From: Promethearchaeota archaeon
GTDB taxonomy: Archaea > Asgardarchaeota > Lokiarchaeia > Sigyniarchaeales > SOKP01
Reading direction: 5' to 3'
NCBI GenBank assembly: GCA_011364925.1
Contig: RDOA01000032.1
Location: 1-40,468 of the forward strand
Length of the DNA: 40,468 nt
A model generated the notes under the pieces. That model searched no databases, was not told the origin of the DNA, and worked only from the letters and a program-made list of their open reading frames with translations. Made by a program: the position numbers and the translations under genes. Positions 1-8,737 of this stretch are shown one piece after another. How positions within the stretch are numbered: the first letter of the stretch is position 1; the number at the start of each line of letters is the position of its first letter.

Positions 1-498
1 ATATTTAGCCGTCCATGATTTAGCTTTTGCTTCAAACTTCTTTTGAGCCCTGAAATATTGCTCACCCGCCTCGTGGTTAAGAGGGTCTCCGGGGTTAAAG
101 AAGGGAGGTTCAACATGCATCATACCTTTTAGGGCTTCTATAATATTTGTTAAAGTTTTTGAAGGAGTCCAACCTGATGCACCCGTAGAAGCATCTACCT
201 TACCAACTAAGTCAGGATTAATCAAATCTAAACATATGTTAAGTTTTCCAGGAGGAATACTGCTATCGATATTAGGATGCCACATAAGTGTAACTGCGTA
301 GGCATAAGGCGGCGCAAATGGATAATTCTCAGGGAATTTGATCTCAAAAATGAACTTTCCTTTTGCGTATGGAGTTCCTTCCTTACCAATAATAGTTAGA
401 CGAAGGTGATCAATACTCCGACCCCAAGGTTCGATGATGACATTGCTATCATTTTTATACGCTTCAATGGCTTCAGTATAATCGGTTTCTTCTCTCAT
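1..498 (-). CDS. Ubiquitin-conjugating enzyme E2 (UBC fold), running off the left edge near its C-terminus
   Basis: Manual translation from ATG at 498: MREETDYTEAIEAYKKDSNVIIEPWGRSIDHLRLTIIGKEGTPYAKGKFIFEIKFPENYPFAPP...MWHPNIDSSIPPGKLNICLDLINP...GWTPSKTL...NPGDPLNHEAG...AKSWTAKY. Contains GTPY, YPFxPP, HPN, catalytic ICLD, WTP and PLNxEA motifs. Confidence 0.95.
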   Translation of the reverse strand, partial: MREETDYTEAIEAYKNDSNVIIEPWGRSIDHLRLTIIGKEGTPYAKGKFIFEIKFPENYPFAPPYAYAVTLMWHPNIDSSIPPGKLNICLDLINPDLVGKVDASTGASGWTPSKTLTNIIEALKGMMHVEPPFFNPGDPLNHEAGEQYFRAQKKFEAKAKSWTAKY

Positions 499-685
499 GA
501 GATTTCACATTAATTTTGAATTTTTTAAATTTTAATAAATATTAGTTAGGGTTTTCTTTAAAAAAATTTGTGCTATTTTAGATTTTTATTTTAAAAAGAA
601 CAAATTTGAAAATGTATCAAGATTGAAAAGTATTGTTTTTAAAAATTATAAATATCTATAATTAGATTGACATCTAAAAGAAAAT

Positions 686-701
686 CGAAAAAATTATATT
701 A
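686..701 (+). promoter_or_regulatory. Putative BRE/TATA promoter of tRNA-Tyr
   Basis: CGAAAAAA-TTATATTA about 33-40 nt upstream of the mature tRNA 5' end. Confidence 0.5.
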
Positions 702-733
702 CTACAATAATTAAAAAAATATATTAAGTCCCA

Positions 734-881
734 CCCCCCTTAGCTCAGTTGGTCAGAGCGCGCGGCTGTAGATATCGCGTACTAAGGTGCTTACCTATGA
801 AGTATTGTCAGCCGATACCGTGAGGTCCTCGGCTCAAATGAGTTTTCCGTTTCGGAAATAATGGGTCTCCGAGAGGGGGGA
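734..881 (+). tRNA. tRNA-Tyr(GTA) with two introns (772-816 at position 37/38; 839-867 at position 59/60)
   Basis: Acceptor stem CCCCCCT/AGGGGGG plus discriminator A (C1:G72, A73, the archaeal Tyr identity). D stem GCTC/GAGC. Anticodon stem CGCGG/CCGTG with GTA at 768-770. T stem CTCGG/CCGAG. Removing both inserts gives a standard cloverleaf with 7-nt anticodon and T loops. Confidence 0.93.
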
Positions 882-1105
882 CTAATTTTTTCTATTTCGT
901 GCTAATCTTTTTCCAATTTTGAAAAGCTACGATAAAACTAATTTAAGTTATATTACAATATTTTTCTTCATTTATTGGAATCAACTATTATCAGAATTTA
1001 CAAGCAATATAAATTGATAAGTGTTATTGACTGATCTCTTTATCTTAATAAAATTATTATTTTGACCATTATTATTTTCCTATATAAATTGTATGATTGA
1101 GTGAA

Positions 1106-2023
1106 ATGAAAAAGAAGCGAACGGCTGTTATCGGTGCAGGTTGGTTTGGTAGGGCTCATATAAGAAATTTTAATGAGCTTTCTGAGCTTGTTGGTATTTG
1201 TGATACAAATGAGTTCAAATTAAAACAAATATCTGAGGAGTATGAAGGTGTTAACATCTATAATGATGTAGACGACTTAATAAATAACGAAAATATCGAC
1301 GCAGTAAGTATAGTAACCCCCCCAAAATACATCCCGAATATAGCAAAAAAATTTGCACGAGCTGGAATAGATATACTAATGGAGAAACCAATGGCTTTAA
1401 AATTGGAGGATTTGATTTCATTTAAAGAATTTGATAATATTAGAATAATGCCTGGTTTTATTGAGTTGTTCAATCCTGTAGTAGAAAAAGTTCTAAGCTA
1501 TATTGAACAAATTGGAGAAATTATCTCAGTTGCTTCAAAACGCGTTGGATTATACCCTAAGAGAGATTGGGACATGGGTGTTATACTAGATTTGTCTATA
1601 CATGATATTTATTTACAAGAGAAAATTTTTGGAGATATTGAGATTAAAAACGCGTATGGTGTGAAAAAATGCTACAAAGACTCTATCCATGCGGATGCTG
1701 CATTCATTATATTAGATTTTGGAAAAGCTATTGGCCAGATCGAATCAAATTGGCTTACTCCCTCAAAATTTAGAAGAATATATGTTAATGGGGAATTTGG
1801 AGGAATTTCTGCTGACTTTATTACCCAACAGATAAATATTCGAACTGGCATTGATTTACAAGGTGATCATCCAATAACAAAAGATACGATTTTTACGCCA
1901 TTAAAAGGCGATGAGCCTTTAAAGAGAGAGATCCATAATTTTCTCTATGATAAAGAGCAAAGTGTTACTTTAGATGACGGAATAAGAGCACTTGAAATTG
2001 CTTTAAAAATAGTAAATTCTTAA
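1106..2023 (+). CDS. Gfo/Idh/MocA family NAD-dependent oxidoreductase (UDP-N-acetylglucosamine 3-dehydrogenase-like)
   Basis: VIGAGWFG Rossmann motif, EKP motif, GVILDLSIHDI. ATG at 1106 preferred over TTG at 1097. Confidence 0.9.
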   Translation: MKKKRTAVIGAGWFGRAHIRNFNELSELVGICDTNEFKLKQISEEYEGVNIYNDVDDLINNENIDAVSIVTPPKYIPNIAKKFARAGIDILMEKPMALKLEDLISFKEFDNIRIMPGFIELFNPVVEKVLSYIEQIGEIISVASKRVGLYPKRDWDMGVILDLSIHDIYLQEKIFGDIEIKNAYGVKKCYKDSIHADAAFIILDFGKAIGQIESNWLTPSKFRRIYVNGEFGGISADFITQQINIRTGIDLQGDHPITKDTIFTPLKGDEPLKREIHNFLYDKEQSVTLDDGIRALEIALKIVNS

Positions 2024-2055
2024 TTTCAAGGAATATTACCAAGGATGAGGTTTTA

Positions 2056-2487
2056 GTGATGAATGAAGATAATAACGATAGCGAACAACACGAACTAGAG
2101 AAGCTGCGATTAAAAAAAATGAAAGCTTTAATGGACGCTCAAAAAAGACAACAAACTACACAAGAACGAGTAGTTTCCATAACTGACAAAGTTCTTTACG
2201 TTTTAAGAGTAGTTTTGACTCCAGATGCTTTTTCTTACTTCGAAAAGATTAGATCAAGCGAACCAATGGTATATCAGGCAATATATAGCGAATTAGTTAG
2301 TCCTGATGTAATTCAAAATATAGATTACTTAATTGCGATTATCAATCGACAAGGGGGTGTGCCTAGAAAGATCCCTATAGACGCAATTGTTTACTTAGAA
2401 CGTAAAGTTAAAGGAGTAAAAAGTAAGATACAGGTGAAAAAAGGGGATGGCGAAATGATGGATCTAAGTTCATTCTTGACTAAATAG
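2056..2487 (+). CDS. PDCD5/TFAR19-like DNA-binding protein
   Basis: ELEKLRLKKMKAL N-terminal helix, LRVVLTPDA (cf. LxxILTPEA) and a basic C-terminal KIQVKK. Confidence 0.7.
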   Translation: MMNEDNNDSEQHELEKLRLKKMKALMDAQKRQQTTQERVVSITDKVLYVLRVVLTPDAFSYFEKIRSSEPMVYQAIYSELVSPDVIQNIDYLIAIINRQGGVPRKIPIDAIVYLERKVKGVKSKIQVKKGDGEMMDLSSFLTK

Positions 2488-2495
2488 GATATAGT

Positions 2496-2516
2496 ATCTC
2501 CTGTTTAAGAGGAGAT
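2496..2516. terminator. Short hairpin between convergent genes
   Basis: ATCTCCT-GTTTAAG-AGGAGAT inverted repeat between the stops at 2487 and 2517. Confidence 0.4.
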
Positions 2517-3071
2517 TTATTGCTCTCTTGCTGATATTATAGCGTTAACTTCCCATTCTCCATTATTCAATAAGCTAGCGTCAATACTAGAAAATTGAAA
2601 AGCAAATGGTCGTTTAAAAATTTGTTGAATCATTGGACTAAAAGAACTTACTGCAAAGATAAGAAGTCTTTTTAATATGCTTTCTACTTTTGTTTCTATA
2701 TTCAAAGTATTAATTGTTTCTTTAATTACATCAATTTCTGCTAAATTATAATGATAATTGTAAATTAATTTGAAATCTACGGGTGTTGGAGCTTCCGGAT
2801 GCGATAAAGTTAAACCTCTTTTTCTGAATGGAAAAAGTGTGTTTAGGTAAAAATTAAAGATTTCTTCGTAATGATCCTTAAGTAAATAGGAAATTCGGGA
2901 ACCATCCTTATATTTTGGCCAATAAGATTGCATTAGTTCGAGTAACCGAGGATAATTTTTGAATTTGTTTTCACTCTCTTTTTGTAAATAGTTTAAAAGC
3001 TTGTTCTTTAAAGGTTTGAATTCATTGTCTTTAGCAACGCGTTCGACAAATTTCCTAAATCTTTGGCTCAT
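2517..3071 (-). CDS. Hypothetical protein
   Basis: 184-aa ORF filling the space between genes; no motif recognised. Confidence 0.75.
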   Translation of the reverse strand: MSQRFRKFVERVAKDNEFKPLKNKLLNYLQKESENKFKNYPRLLELMQSYWPKYKDGSRISYLLKDHYEEIFNFYLNTLFPFRKRGLTLSHPEAPTPVDFKLIYNYHYNLAEIDVIKETINTLNIETKVESILKRLLIFAVSSFSPMIQQIFKRPFAFQFSSIDASLLNNGEWEVNAIISAREQ

Positions 3072-3249
3072 TTTATGAAGAAGAGGAATAATTTACTTGG
3101 TACATTACACTAATACCTATAATTCTTAATATGATACTCCGATAATATATTTTATGGTGTTCTAAGGGTTATTCCAAGTATAAATTTAATAGATCAATTT
3201 ATAAAATATCTTTAGTAAAAATAAAAAGATGATTTAATTTATTTATATC

Positions 3250-4440
3250 ATGCGAGACAAGGTTGCTTTAATTTATACTGATAAATACCAAGATTACAAT
3301 TTTGGTCCAGATCATCCTCTACGTCCTCTTAGGTTAGAATTGACGTACGATCTTATGAAAAAACTAAATCTTCTAAATCATAAAAGGATTGAATTAAAAG
3401 AACCCTCCTCAGCTACCAGAGAGCAAATTGAACGCGTCCATGATCCGGAATATGTAAATATTGTTAAAAAGTTAAGTGATAATCCAAACGATAGCTCGAT
3501 TCACCCATATGAATATGGTTTAGGTCCAGGGGATAACCCAATATTTAAAGGAATGTATGAAGCATCTGCGTTAGTCTGTGGAGCAAGTATATTAGCTGCA
3601 GATTTAGTTTGGAATAATGAGGATACCATGGTTGGTTTTAATCCCGCAGGGGGTTTACACCACGCGGGCAAGAGAAGAGCTTCAGGATTTTGTATATTCA
3701 ATGATATTGCAGTTGCTATGCATCACTTAAAACAACTGAAAAAAGATATAAGAATTGCTTATGTAGATATAGACTGTCATCACGGAGATGGAGTACAATG
3801 GCTGTTTTACGACGATCCTAATGTTCTAACCATATCCTTTCATGAAAGTGGAAATTTTCTTTTCCCGGGTACAGGACATTCCAACGAAATTGGTGAGGGA
3901 GCGGGAAAAGGTTATTCCATAAACTTTCCCCTACTTCCAAATACTAGTGATAGAATGCTAGTTAAATTATTTAGATATTGCGTACCAAGGCTTTTGGATG
4001 CTTATGATCCTGATATTCTATTTACTCAACTTGGAGTAGATATGCATTATAACGACCCACTCACTCAGATGGGGGTTTCTATATCCGCATACAGAGACAT
4101 TGCTCAAACAATTTATACAAGTACTCATGATTATTGTAAAAACAAATGGGTTGCTGTCGGAGGTGGTGGGTATTTAATGACTGTCGTACCCCGAGCATGG
4201 TCCATTTTTCTTGCTCGAATGTTAGATGTTGATTTAAAGAATGAACTTCCTCCTGAATGGATAGAAAAAGTAAAAAAAGATGTTCCTGGAGAGGAAGTTC
4301 CTTATTTATTGTGGGATCGGGACGATAGAACCGAAGTTCAACTCCTCTCCCATCCAGAATTAACAAAAAAGATGATTGATTACAACAATAGCTTAAAATC
4401 TCTCTGTGATAACGAATTCGTGCCAAATATCTCTAGATAA
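3250..4440 (+). CDS. acuC: Zn-dependent histone deacetylase family protein (AcuC / class I HDAC-like)
   Basis: HPLRPLR, GGLHHA, ASGFCIFND, DIDCHHGDGVQ, SFHE, GVDMHxxDPL, GGGGY. Confidence 0.95.
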   Translation: MRDKVALIYTDKYQDYNFGPDHPLRPLRLELTYDLMKKLNLLNHKRIELKEPSSATREQIERVHDPEYVNIVKKLSDNPNDSSIHPYEYGLGPGDNPIFKGMYEASALVCGASILAADLVWNNEDTMVGFNPAGGLHHAGKRRASGFCIFNDIAVAMHHLKQLKKDIRIAYVDIDCHHGDGVQWLFYDDPNVLTISFHESGNFLFPGTGHSNEIGEGAGKGYSINFPLLPNTSDRMLVKLFRYCVPRLLDAYDPDILFTQLGVDMHYNDPLTQMGVSISAYRDIAQTIYTSTHDYCKNKWVAVGGGGYLMTVVPRAWSIFLARMLDVDLKNELPPEWIEKVKKDVPGEEVPYLLWDRDDRTEVQLLSHPELTKKMIDYNNSLKSLCDNEFVPNISR

Positions 4441-4622
4441 CTATAGAGATTACTATTAATACTTTCAAAATTCAAATTCAATTAAGCCTATAGGATATTA
4501 TTATTGTAACATAAAGGAATATAGGTAAGTTGACATTTTTTAAAGGGGATAAAAATAAATTTTGGTATTTTATTATGAATTTAAAAAGATCCGTTTAGTT
4601 AAACCATGTTTTTAATTTGAAA

Positions 4623-5897
4623 ATGCGTGAACTTAAAACTTTTTTTGCATATGAATTAGAGGACACAGGAGAACGCAGGGAGTTGGATTTTTCTGAGAGC
4701 GAGATAGAACAAAATCTTCATCCAGAACAAGTTCTGGTACTTGTTCGAGAAGATTTAAGGAGAATATTCATATGGAAAGGAGCTAAATCTCCCGTGAAAA
4801 GACGATTTATAAGTTCTAAAGTAGCACAGGAAATTCAGGTAGATCTAATGAAGGATTCTCGTTTCCATCAATGCAAAATTGTATCTGTTGATCAAGGAGA
4901 CGAGATTCAAGAATTTCTTGATGCATTTAATATGGAACCAATGAAAGTGAAAGAAAAATTACCCGATATGAGGTATATTCGTAACAGTGAAAAACCCCGT
5001 TTTAAAAAAACAAGAGTTTTTTCCGTTTTTCACGATAAATTCTTACAAGAATTCAATGATAGAACGCTTAATCGAAAAGCAGATGAATTTTGTGAAGAAC
5101 AAGAATTTAGAATAAGTGAACACCTCACTTTAAAATTAATAAACGGACACACAATTATACATATAGACAATGAACCATTCCGTCAATGCAAGTACCTACT
5201 TTTGAACCTCACTTCAAAAGATTTTGCCAAATTTGAACATATTGATTCGATTGATGAGGCTTTTGAGATTTATAACAGAATGGATAAAAAGCATGAAGAA
5301 GATCATGATTTAATTGATCCAGTATCTGAATTTGTTGGGCATTGTTCTAATCTTCAAGCGTGGTATGAAAATGATTACGATCTTAGAATTCTACATAGCA
5401 GTTTGTCCATTCCTTTACTGAAAAAACTTGCCTTTTTAGGGGATAAAATGGCTGCTATTCGGCTTAAAGAGAGCATTGCAACTAGAATTGCTTCTAAAAA
5501 TTACAATACAATCATTTTTTATCTAAACGAAAAATACTTAAAACTATTTTCAAACGAAGAGTTAGAAGGAATGTTTGAAGATTGGCTAGATCAGGACATT
5601 AAATTCACCTTGATGGAGAAAAGGAGATTATGGTATCCCCTGCTTAAAGAATTGATTGAAAGGGGAATATCTAAAGCGCAAAAAGTAATCAAAGATGAAA
5701 TTAAATATTATCTAAAAGAAGACAATTTTGATGCGTATCGGTATCTATTAAATAAAGATTTTTTTAAACATCTTACTATAGAAGATCTGGAAGAAATTTA
5801 TGAATTCGTTCCAAAGAAAGATAAAGTCGCTCTACAACGTATTGAATCGTCAATCCTTAAAGCCACTCTTAAAAAGAGAAGAAATTCAGAAGTTTAA
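4623..5897 (+). CDS. Single gelsolin-like domain fused to a Lokiarchaeia-type HCSNLQxW domain
   Basis: N-terminal LHPEQVLVL...RIFIWKGAKS...RFISSKVA...VDQGDEIQEFLDAF resembles a gelsolin repeat. The C-terminal part has EFRISEHLTLKL...FRQCKYLLLNL...IDSIDEA...EFVGHCSNLQAWYENDYDLRILH. Confidence 0.75.
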   Translation: MRELKTFFAYELEDTGERRELDFSESEIEQNLHPEQVLVLVREDLRRIFIWKGAKSPVKRRFISSKVAQEIQVDLMKDSRFHQCKIVSVDQGDEIQEFLDAFNMEPMKVKEKLPDMRYIRNSEKPRFKKTRVFSVFHDKFLQEFNDRTLNRKADEFCEEQEFRISEHLTLKLINGHTIIHIDNEPFRQCKYLLLNLTSKDFAKFEHIDSIDEAFEIYNRMDKKHEEDHDLIDPVSEFVGHCSNLQAWYENDYDLRILHSSLSIPLLKKLAFLGDKMAAIRLKESIATRIASKNYNTIIFYLNEKYLKLFSNEELEGMFEDWLDQDIKFTLMEKRRLWYPLLKELIERGISKAQKVIKDEIKYYLKEDNFDAYRYLLNKDFFKHLTIEDLEEIYEFVPKKDKVALQRIESSILKATLKKRRNSEV

Positions 5898-5928
5898 AGA
5901 ACATAGAAAAGATTTAAAATTCATTCTA

Positions 5929-6642
5929 TTAGCTCTCAAGAATACTATTCTTTTTTAATATCCAATTATCAATCATGAAATTTTGGGAAATATTATTAAT
6001 AGAATTATAATTGGAACGAATTAGTGATTTTGGAATCCAGATTTCTTTTTTATCTCCAAACTGGATAAGCAAAGCTTTTTCAGTTTCTCCTTCAATAACA
6101 CCATTAATGTTTGTGATTTCGTTTTCATTATGCTCTACAGATTCTTTAACAGATGGAAGCTCGTTTGAATTTTGTAATTTCTTGGTTATCTTCTTATGTT
6201 TCGGATTTTCTATAGCTATTTTAGAAGGCACCAAATTTGGAACTGTAGCAAACTCAATTTTTTCTTTAATCAAATGGTTTATTAACCGCCTAAAGATTTC
6301 AATTTGGGCAAAATTTAGCATTTTAGAATAATTACCAATATATACTAAAAGTTTATTTTTCTTTTGGTCTTCCCACTTAAATGAAATTTGTGTCTTTACA
6401 TCATTAAAATTATGAAAACTTGACCAAGATTCTAGATTTCTCTCCAAAACTTCAAAAATCATCACAATTTCGTCTAGATTGCATTTAATCGTTTTTCCTT
6501 CCCCTAAAGACGGTTTTTCCCATGATCCATCAGGTTTCCTCTTGATACACTTTAAAAATATATGAGGTTCTGATTTTGAAGAACTAATTATTGTTAGCCC
6601 TGTTGATTGCCCAAAAAAACTTTGACTATGCTTATCTACCAT
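5929..6642 (-). CDS. Hypothetical two-domain protein; possible Whirly/PC4-like ssDNA-binding N-domain plus a small ETEKA...WIPKS domain
   Basis: Beta-rich N-domain with DGSWEK...KTIKCNLDEIVMIFEVL...SFH, a basic linker, and C-terminal GETEKALLIQF...WIPKSLI...IDNWILKK. ATG at 6642 follows a GTGA SD-like site. The CDS is secure; the function is inferred. Confidence 0.65.
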   Translation of the reverse strand: MVDKHSQSFFGQSTGLTIISSSKSEPHIFLKCIKRKPDGSWEKPSLGEGKTIKCNLDEIVMIFEVLERNLESWSSFHNFNDVKTQISFKWEDQKKNKLLVYIGNYSKMLNFAQIEIFRRLINHLIKEKIEFATVPNLVPSKIAIENPKHKKITKKLQNSNELPSVKESVEHNENEITNINGVIEGETEKALLIQFGDKKEIWIPKSLIRSNYNSINNISQNFMIDNWILKKNSILES

Positions 6643-6828
6643 TTTTATCACGAATTAATAGTAAAATTCACTTTTTTATTGTATACAGTTAAATGAATTT
6701 TTAATACACTAATCTTATTTAAAGAAAAAATTGGGCTAAAATTCAAGAATTTGCCAAACTGTTTTCATATATTAATTATTTGAAACTACAGCTAAAAATA
6801 GAATATTTTCATCCAAATTTTTGGCGAC

Positions 6829-7650
6829 ATGAAAGAAATCTCACTAATTAGCACTCCCGCAGAATCTTATTCACATAAGGCAATTAAACTCTTTTTGTAT
6901 AAATATATCTATGAAAATGATAAACAAGTTGAAGTAAGATCTCTTGAAAAGTTCTTTGGTAATCGATTTGCCGATGTTTATTTTCGACTTAAGGATGGCC
7001 AAGAAATAGCGGTAGAAGTTCAGAACTCTAAAATTTCACCAAAAGAAATCATTAATAGGTTTAACGATTATAACAAACTAGGAGTGTATGTCCTTTGGAT
7101 TTTGTACGGGGAGGGAAAATGCGTTGCTTCACATAAATACCCAAATAACGCTAAACTTGTGAAGATTAGTTTAGCAGAAAAAACTCTTCACCACATTTAT
7201 GGTGGTCGCGTTTATTATGTTAATCTCGATTTTCGTGATAATAAAATTTCTCTTCAACACCCTTTTGCTCTTCATTTTTCAAAGCCCTTCCAAAAAAAAT
7301 TCAGGGGTATTTTTAAAGCTCGCTACGACAGCTATTTTTACCGAGATTCTATCTTTACTATGATCCCAAATTGGAATTTGATGTGCACGAAATTTTCCGG
7401 ATATAAAATTGCTCGGTTTTATGATAAAAATCTAAAAATAGTGTTAAAAGAAAAGGTGAAAAAAATTTACGATGGAGAGAAAACGAAGAGTAGAAACGAT
7501 AAAAAAATACTTCAGGTTTTGTTAGATACTTTCGAGAAAAATTATGGACGATATATGGTTTTTTATGTGATATTTGAATTATTAAATGAAAATAAAATCG
7601 AATTTTGTAGAAAAGTTCAAGTAAGAATAAGAAAAAAAATCTTTAAGTAA
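6829..7650 (+). CDS. CoiA-like PD-(D/E)XK nuclease domain protein
   Basis: ESYSHKAIK...RFADVY...IAVEVQNSKIS...RFNDYNKLGVYVLWI. Confidence 0.75.
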   Translation: MKEISLISTPAESYSHKAIKLFLYKYIYENDKQVEVRSLEKFFGNRFADVYFRLKDGQEIAVEVQNSKISPKEIINRFNDYNKLGVYVLWILYGEGKCVASHKYPNNAKLVKISLAEKTLHHIYGGRVYYVNLDFRDNKISLQHPFALHFSKPFQKKFRGIFKARYDSYFYRDSIFTMIPNWNLMCTKFSGYKIARFYDKNLKIVLKEKVKKIYDGEKTKSRNDKKILQVLLDTFEKNYGRYMVFYVIFELLNENKIEFCRKVQVRIRKKIFK

Positions 7651-7830
7651 TTTGCGTCAAATTTTTTTTTGTATTCTATAATTTTTCATACTTTCAAGAA
7701 ATTTTTAACAAAATACTTTAAAATTTCGATTAAAAAAATAGTAGTGAACACGATTTAGATTTTCCTTTTTGTCATGTGAAAATATAGATATCTTTAAATA
7801 GTTATGCAATCAATATTAAACTAGTAAAAA

Positions 7831-7999
7831 AAAAATTGGAGACCACGATTACATAATATATTCTTATACCTAAAGAGTCTAAGGACTCAATACCTCAACC
7901 CTTAAAAAAGTTCGGATTTACCGATTTTCGAGGAACCCTGTTATTAGATAAATACGTCTCCTCTTTTTATATTTTTGAACATCGTGGCTTCCGATTTTT
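7831..7999 (+). ncRNA. Candidate structured non-coding RNA (unassigned)
   Basis: 7831-7849 pairs with 7981-7999 (19 positions, two G-U pairs, one mismatch). Internal hairpins at 7875-7888 and 7912-7924. Upstream TTTAAATA (7793-7800) and a downstream U-rich tract. No long ORF. Confidence 0.5.
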
Positions 8000-8210
8000 C
8001 CTCCTTTTTTAACAATCATAAGGTTTTAGTAAAATTATTCAACATTAGAGCCTTTCTGAATCTCTAGATAACTAGGTATTTTTTAGGATTAGACTCAAAA
8101 ATCAGAATTCTTATACAATTAAATCGTTTATTTAAATGCACTTTTTAAAGTCTAATAAAATTTATAAAAAAATAGTCTATTAATATATAAGAAGCAAAAT
8201 AATTATTGAG

Positions 8211-8669
8211 ATGAGGTTAGGATTGGTCAAAGAAGTAAAATTAAGGAATGGAACTGTTGTTGAATTTGACGAACATGAACCCGATACTCTTTATGAGACG
8301 ATAATTCGTGAAGTGTTAATACCAAGATATCAGGAGAATAATGATTGGAACTTAACGATAAATATTATTATAGAGGAAATGAACGAACTCATAACTAAAT
8401 ATGAATTGGATCCAAAATTAAAACTAGGATTGTTAAATCAAGTAGAAGTGCATTTAGATAAAGAGATTGAAGAGTTAACAGGATGCGATAAAATTGAAAT
8501 TCTTTTCTTGAACATGGATGATTATGTTGAAGACATTGAGAGATTAATTTCTTCCGGGAAAGATAAACAAGAGTTAAGGAACGATATGGCTAATCTAATA
8601 TTTCCTCTCACCGTTTTTGAGTTAGGCGAGCTTTTTATCTATTTAGGGAGAAGAGCTTTTTTAAAATAA
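8211..8669 (+). CDS. Hypothetical acidic, helical protein
   Basis: 152-aa ORF; it may start at TTG 8223 after a GAGGT SD-like site. Confidence 0.75.
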   Translation: MRLGLVKEVKLRNGTVVEFDEHEPDTLYETIIREVLIPRYQENNDWNLTINIIIEEMNELITKYELDPKLKLGLLNQVEVHLDKEIEELTGCDKIEILFLNMDDYVEDIERLISSGKDKQELRNDMANLIFPLTVFELGELFIYLGRRAFLK

Positions 8670-8737
8670 TACGATTTAGTCACATTGTAGACCGTTAAAT
8701 TCAAAAAATTTTATCTTTATATAATTTTTAAAATATT

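Noticed and set aside
734-881. tRNA as an integration site for a mobile element
   Set aside because: I saw no integrase and no duplicated tRNA 3' end in the window.
2056-4440. PDCD5-like gene near an HDAC, echoing a eukaryotic PDCD5-HDAC link
   Set aside because: The genes are separated by an opposite-strand gene, both families are widespread in archaea, and nothing here shows coupling.
7918-8019. 33-codon minus-strand ORF (MIVKKGGKIG...ENR) over the candidate ncRNA
   Set aside because: It is short, built from A-runs and has no motif; the base-pairing explains the region better.
4430-8074. Shared 14-mer TCTCTAGATAACTA at 4430 and 8061
   Set aside because: Short and AT-rich, so plausible by chance; there are no other element hallmarks.
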